A DNA stretch of 64,000 nucleotides from Laetmonice hystrix (taxonomy: Eukaryota). Under the pieces are notes generated by a model. The model made no database searches. It was not told the DNA's origin and saw only the letters and a program-made list of their open reading frames with translations. Of this stretch, positions 60,776 to 64,000 are shown piece by piece; position 1 is the first letter of the stretch, and every line of letters starts with the position of its first letter. The stretch covers positions 65,286,001 to 65,350,000 of the forward strand of contig OZ249436.1 in assembly GCA_965235115.1 (NCBI GenBank), read 5' to 3'. Both the position numbers and the translations under genes were made by a program.

Positions 60776-61590
60776 GTGAGTTCGTGCGTTGACGACCGGC
60801 GCGACCCCTGGCGGAGGTTTCATGGGGTGATTTACTACTCTGCACTGATTGACCCACTCTTCCTGACCCTCGCACCTGGGCCGTAGTCGAGCACTTAGCG
60901 ATGAAATGATATGAAGGAATCTTATTGGTCTGATGATGTGTATGTGTATGATCCCCTCCCCTCCCCCAAGGAAGAAAACGACTTCTAACTTTCGATTCAT
61001 TGATCGATTCATTGAGTTTCGAGTCAAAAATGATTAAGAGGAAACATGTTGCCAAGAAATAACCCCCACACTGTGTGATGTGATTGTTTAATGGTTGAAT
61101 TTCCTAGTGATTTCGTTTTATTCACCTGTAGCGTGGTAGTGAAGAGGAATGACCAAACTTTATCATGAACCCCTGCAACCTTTTGCGGCCCATTTAATGT
61201 GACAAATTCGGTATTCTGATGACTTTTGCATTTTACAGTTGGCAGATAGTAGATCATTTACCGGCTCCAAATAATTATGTAATTTCTGCCTGAAAATATC
61301 ACGTTCGGAAGGTCTCGATTTCATGCAAAGGTTTCAGGGGGTATCGTGTTTTGTTAACATAAAATGTAGAGGAACAGATTTAGCGTGTGAATGCTCACCT
61401 TCTGCTATGTAACGACCCATAGGTAATGATTAGCTAGTTGACTGTATGACTGTCCCTTGACGACGTGACGGTTGTTTTATCGTCTGCCTACTGAAGACGA
61501 CAGACGCTGATAGCGCCACCTGTCGACTGTTGGTTGAACTACCTGACCAACCCGCCCGCTCATGTTTGTGCCGTGCCCATTTGCTTACAG

Positions 61591-61650
61591 ATGGTGATGT
61601 TGATGATGATAGTGATGATGGTGGTGTATCAGGAGGGAGTGAATCGGAAG
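61591..61650 (+). CDS. Candidate acidic cassette exon
   Basis: ttgcttacag|AT GGT...GAA G|gttttt, 60 nt, phase 1-1, DGDVDDDSDDGGVSGGSESE; donor is weak. Confidence 0.5.
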
Positions 61651-63666
61651 GTTTTTATCACAACTCTGCTGTCTTACTGTGCCTCTCTGTGCCTCAGTCC
61701 CCTGTCATCAGCTTCAGGCCCAATACCCAGCTATATGCTGGTTCCACCTAGTGGCACAAACTGCAACTAGTTTAGGCTTTACCGATTCATTTCGTCTCAA
61801 AACTTCTTTAACAAATGCAGTCTTGGAAAGAAGCTGATGACAAGTGTGATTGAAGAATGTAGATAATTAAGACATTATGTTGATATGTTTGTTAAGATTT
61901 CATTTGTTTAAATGTCAAGAAAATACAAGTGATTTCATGCAAGGCCTAATCTGACATATTTATTATGTCCTGGTTTTGCCCTAAGTCCTTAACGCAAGGT
62001 CGGAAGGGTAGCATGGTTGTAGGCTAGGGTTCTGAAATGTGTGTTTGCCTGCTATCATTTTAAAGTCGTTCTTTAAATCTGTATAGCACTATTATGCAAT
62101 GAACATAACTTTAAGTCATGATGGAACTTAATGTCTTCACAGTTAGGAACAGGCAGTAAACTAAACATCAGTACGGTCCCATTGTATTAATTCAGTCCGT
62201 AAAACACAAATCAGTAAAGTCCAGAAACCTGCCAAAATTGTTGTGGAGATATTGAGTGTTTTTCAACAGGATTTGCTGCATGATATGTTATAGGACATAA
62301 ATATATGTTGTAGTAATATCAATGTTGCGGTTGTAAGCCTATGTTGAAGGTTACATTGCATGTTGATTCATCAGTAGAAAGTTGATGCATGTTGAGGTGA
62401 TATTTCTGTATCCCCCGTCATCCCAGTACCATAATCCGTTGTTCACCATATACACGAGTCATTGAAGATGACAGGATTCGAATCTAAAGTCGTTGAAAAA
62501 GCACCTTTATAAATTCTTGTTCCTAGCTGTCAGATAATTTAGATATTTAAGATATTGGATGAACAACTCATGCTGTACAGTCGGCTGCAACTAACCTCAA
62601 GGATTGGACTTATACTTAAAATACATACTCCTTCTGTCGTAGCTGAAATCTTGCGGCCTGTGATTATTTATAGAAAACGGTCCGTTTTCCGGGATTAGCC
62701 TTGGTTTACGTCAGTACCGAACAGACCATAGACGGTTTACTGGCTGAGGGTGGGTATGAACACCCCCTGGAGGTGTTAGTAACCCCTGGGGTATCATACC
62801 TGGGGTGTGGGTGGGTGTTGATTGTCTGGTCACCTGGTTAACGTCAGACCATACCAGTCTGCCGTCTCAAGGCGTCCATGTATTGTGGTTTGTGTATTGT
62901 GTAACTAGTCGATGTTAAGGCGTTGTGTCAGGTTATTAATACCAGCTATGTTGTGGTATAGCATGGCATGGTCTGTATACCAGTGTAAACGTGTCGGTAC
63001 TCTACAGACTCTACTATATATTGTTATCTCACATGGTTTTTTTTCTGCTTCACCATTACGCGTTCCACGGATGCACACACAATGGTACGCAATGATTATT
63101 TGGTCTACGATGTAATTTTAATATAATATTTTCGCCTTCGGCTTCATGACTTTTGTTTCTTTGCCGTGGCTTTGGATATAACCATCGTTAAGAATGGTTG
63201 AATGAGAAGTCTTTCTGGTCCCGATAGTTTGAAATTTTCGAGTTCTAGAGCGTGATATTAATTTATATTGTCATCTCTGATCCTAATATACGGTTAAATC
63301 TATGACTGATTTGACATGGCTATAAGATTGTTGAAAGTATCAGTCTCAAAGATTGTTTGAAATATTGAACAAAACGAGGATGTTTTTCGCCTTTACCCGT
63401 GCAGACCCAGACGTAAATTAGTGTTGACTGGTAGCATGCTCCATCTGGATGGAATAATATGACTCGGAACGTGCAAGCAGCAGCATTTATCAACGATGGC
63501 CATGCCTGGTTCTGTTCTGTGTTTGGTTTCCGGCAGTAACTTCCCGCAGTTTGCATGTTGTCTGTATCTTTGAGAATGAATAGGACCACATGTCATATTA
63601 CGTTATTGAAGGCACGCCTTAGTGCTTGCGTTTAACGCTAACATTGGGCTTGTTTACATCTTGCAG

Positions 63667-63729
63667 ATGTAAACACATACAAACCCACCTATGTGTTCCC
63701 AGATGATGACTCGGAACATGAAAAGGAAG
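63667..63729 (+). CDS. Internal exon after SoHo
   Basis: tcttgcag|AT GTA...GAA G|gtaagt, 63 nt, phase 1-1; DVNTYKPTYVFPDDDSEHEKE. Confidence 0.78.
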
Positions 63730-64000
63730 GTAAGTAAATGGTCTTGACGAGCATGTCGATAGATTTAGGCCGGTCTCAACTTGCAAGTCGTGTGTTATTT
63801 CATATAATGAACTTTTCTACTCGTTAAGGAGAGGTTGATATGGATAGGTTAAGTTTTTTTAAGAGAGTTCAGCTCAGAATCGGATGGGTGTAGTTAGTGC
63901 ATGGACCGCCAGGGGACAGCACTGCGGGGAGTTGGGACCCAGCGCTAAGATGGAGAGTGTGTAGGGGTGGGAGCAGTTTACACCTGTGTCATGCATGGCA

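Larger units (their letters stand above)
17836..63729 (+). other. SORBS: Span of a multi-exon gene encoding a PDZ + synaptopodin-like motif + SoHo adaptor (SORBS/CAP/vinexin family), incomplete at both ends
   Basis: 14 exons with AG/GT boundaries whose intron phases chain into one open frame; PDZ at the 5' side, SoHo at the 3' side; no in-frame stop or LIM exon seen along the assembled path. Confidence 0.8.

Overview
Eukaryotic genomic DNA from an invertebrate animal. A lophotrochozoan or mollusc-like source is my inference from the SINE and MITE content. There are no prokaryotic features. Most of the window, and possibly all of it, lies within one large + strand, intron-rich gene. I could assemble 14 phase-compatible GT-AG coding exons from 17836 to 63729 (about 2.9 kb, about 960 codons), open at both ends. 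They encode, in order: the C-terminal two-thirds of an N-terminal PDZ domain, low-complexity segments (polyQ, Pro/Ser/Thr), a synaptopodin/myozenin-like KSKGxxLFxKRQ motif, and a clear sorbin-homology (SoHo) motif. This is a PDZ-bearing member of the SORBS/CAP/vinexin family. Its SH3 exons presumably lie downstream, and its first PDZ exon was not found. A 1.3-1.4 kb Pro/Ser-rich alternative exon and several small candidate alternative exons lie between 53.8 and 61.8 kb. The introns hold a nested IS3EU-like/foldback element, a V-domain tRNA-SINE, Academ-, Harbinger- and Kolobok-type non-autonomous elements, and about 15 minisatellite arrays. Two arrays appear to be amplified copies of this gene's own splice junctions. 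Family assignments rest on recalled consensus features, not on database searches.
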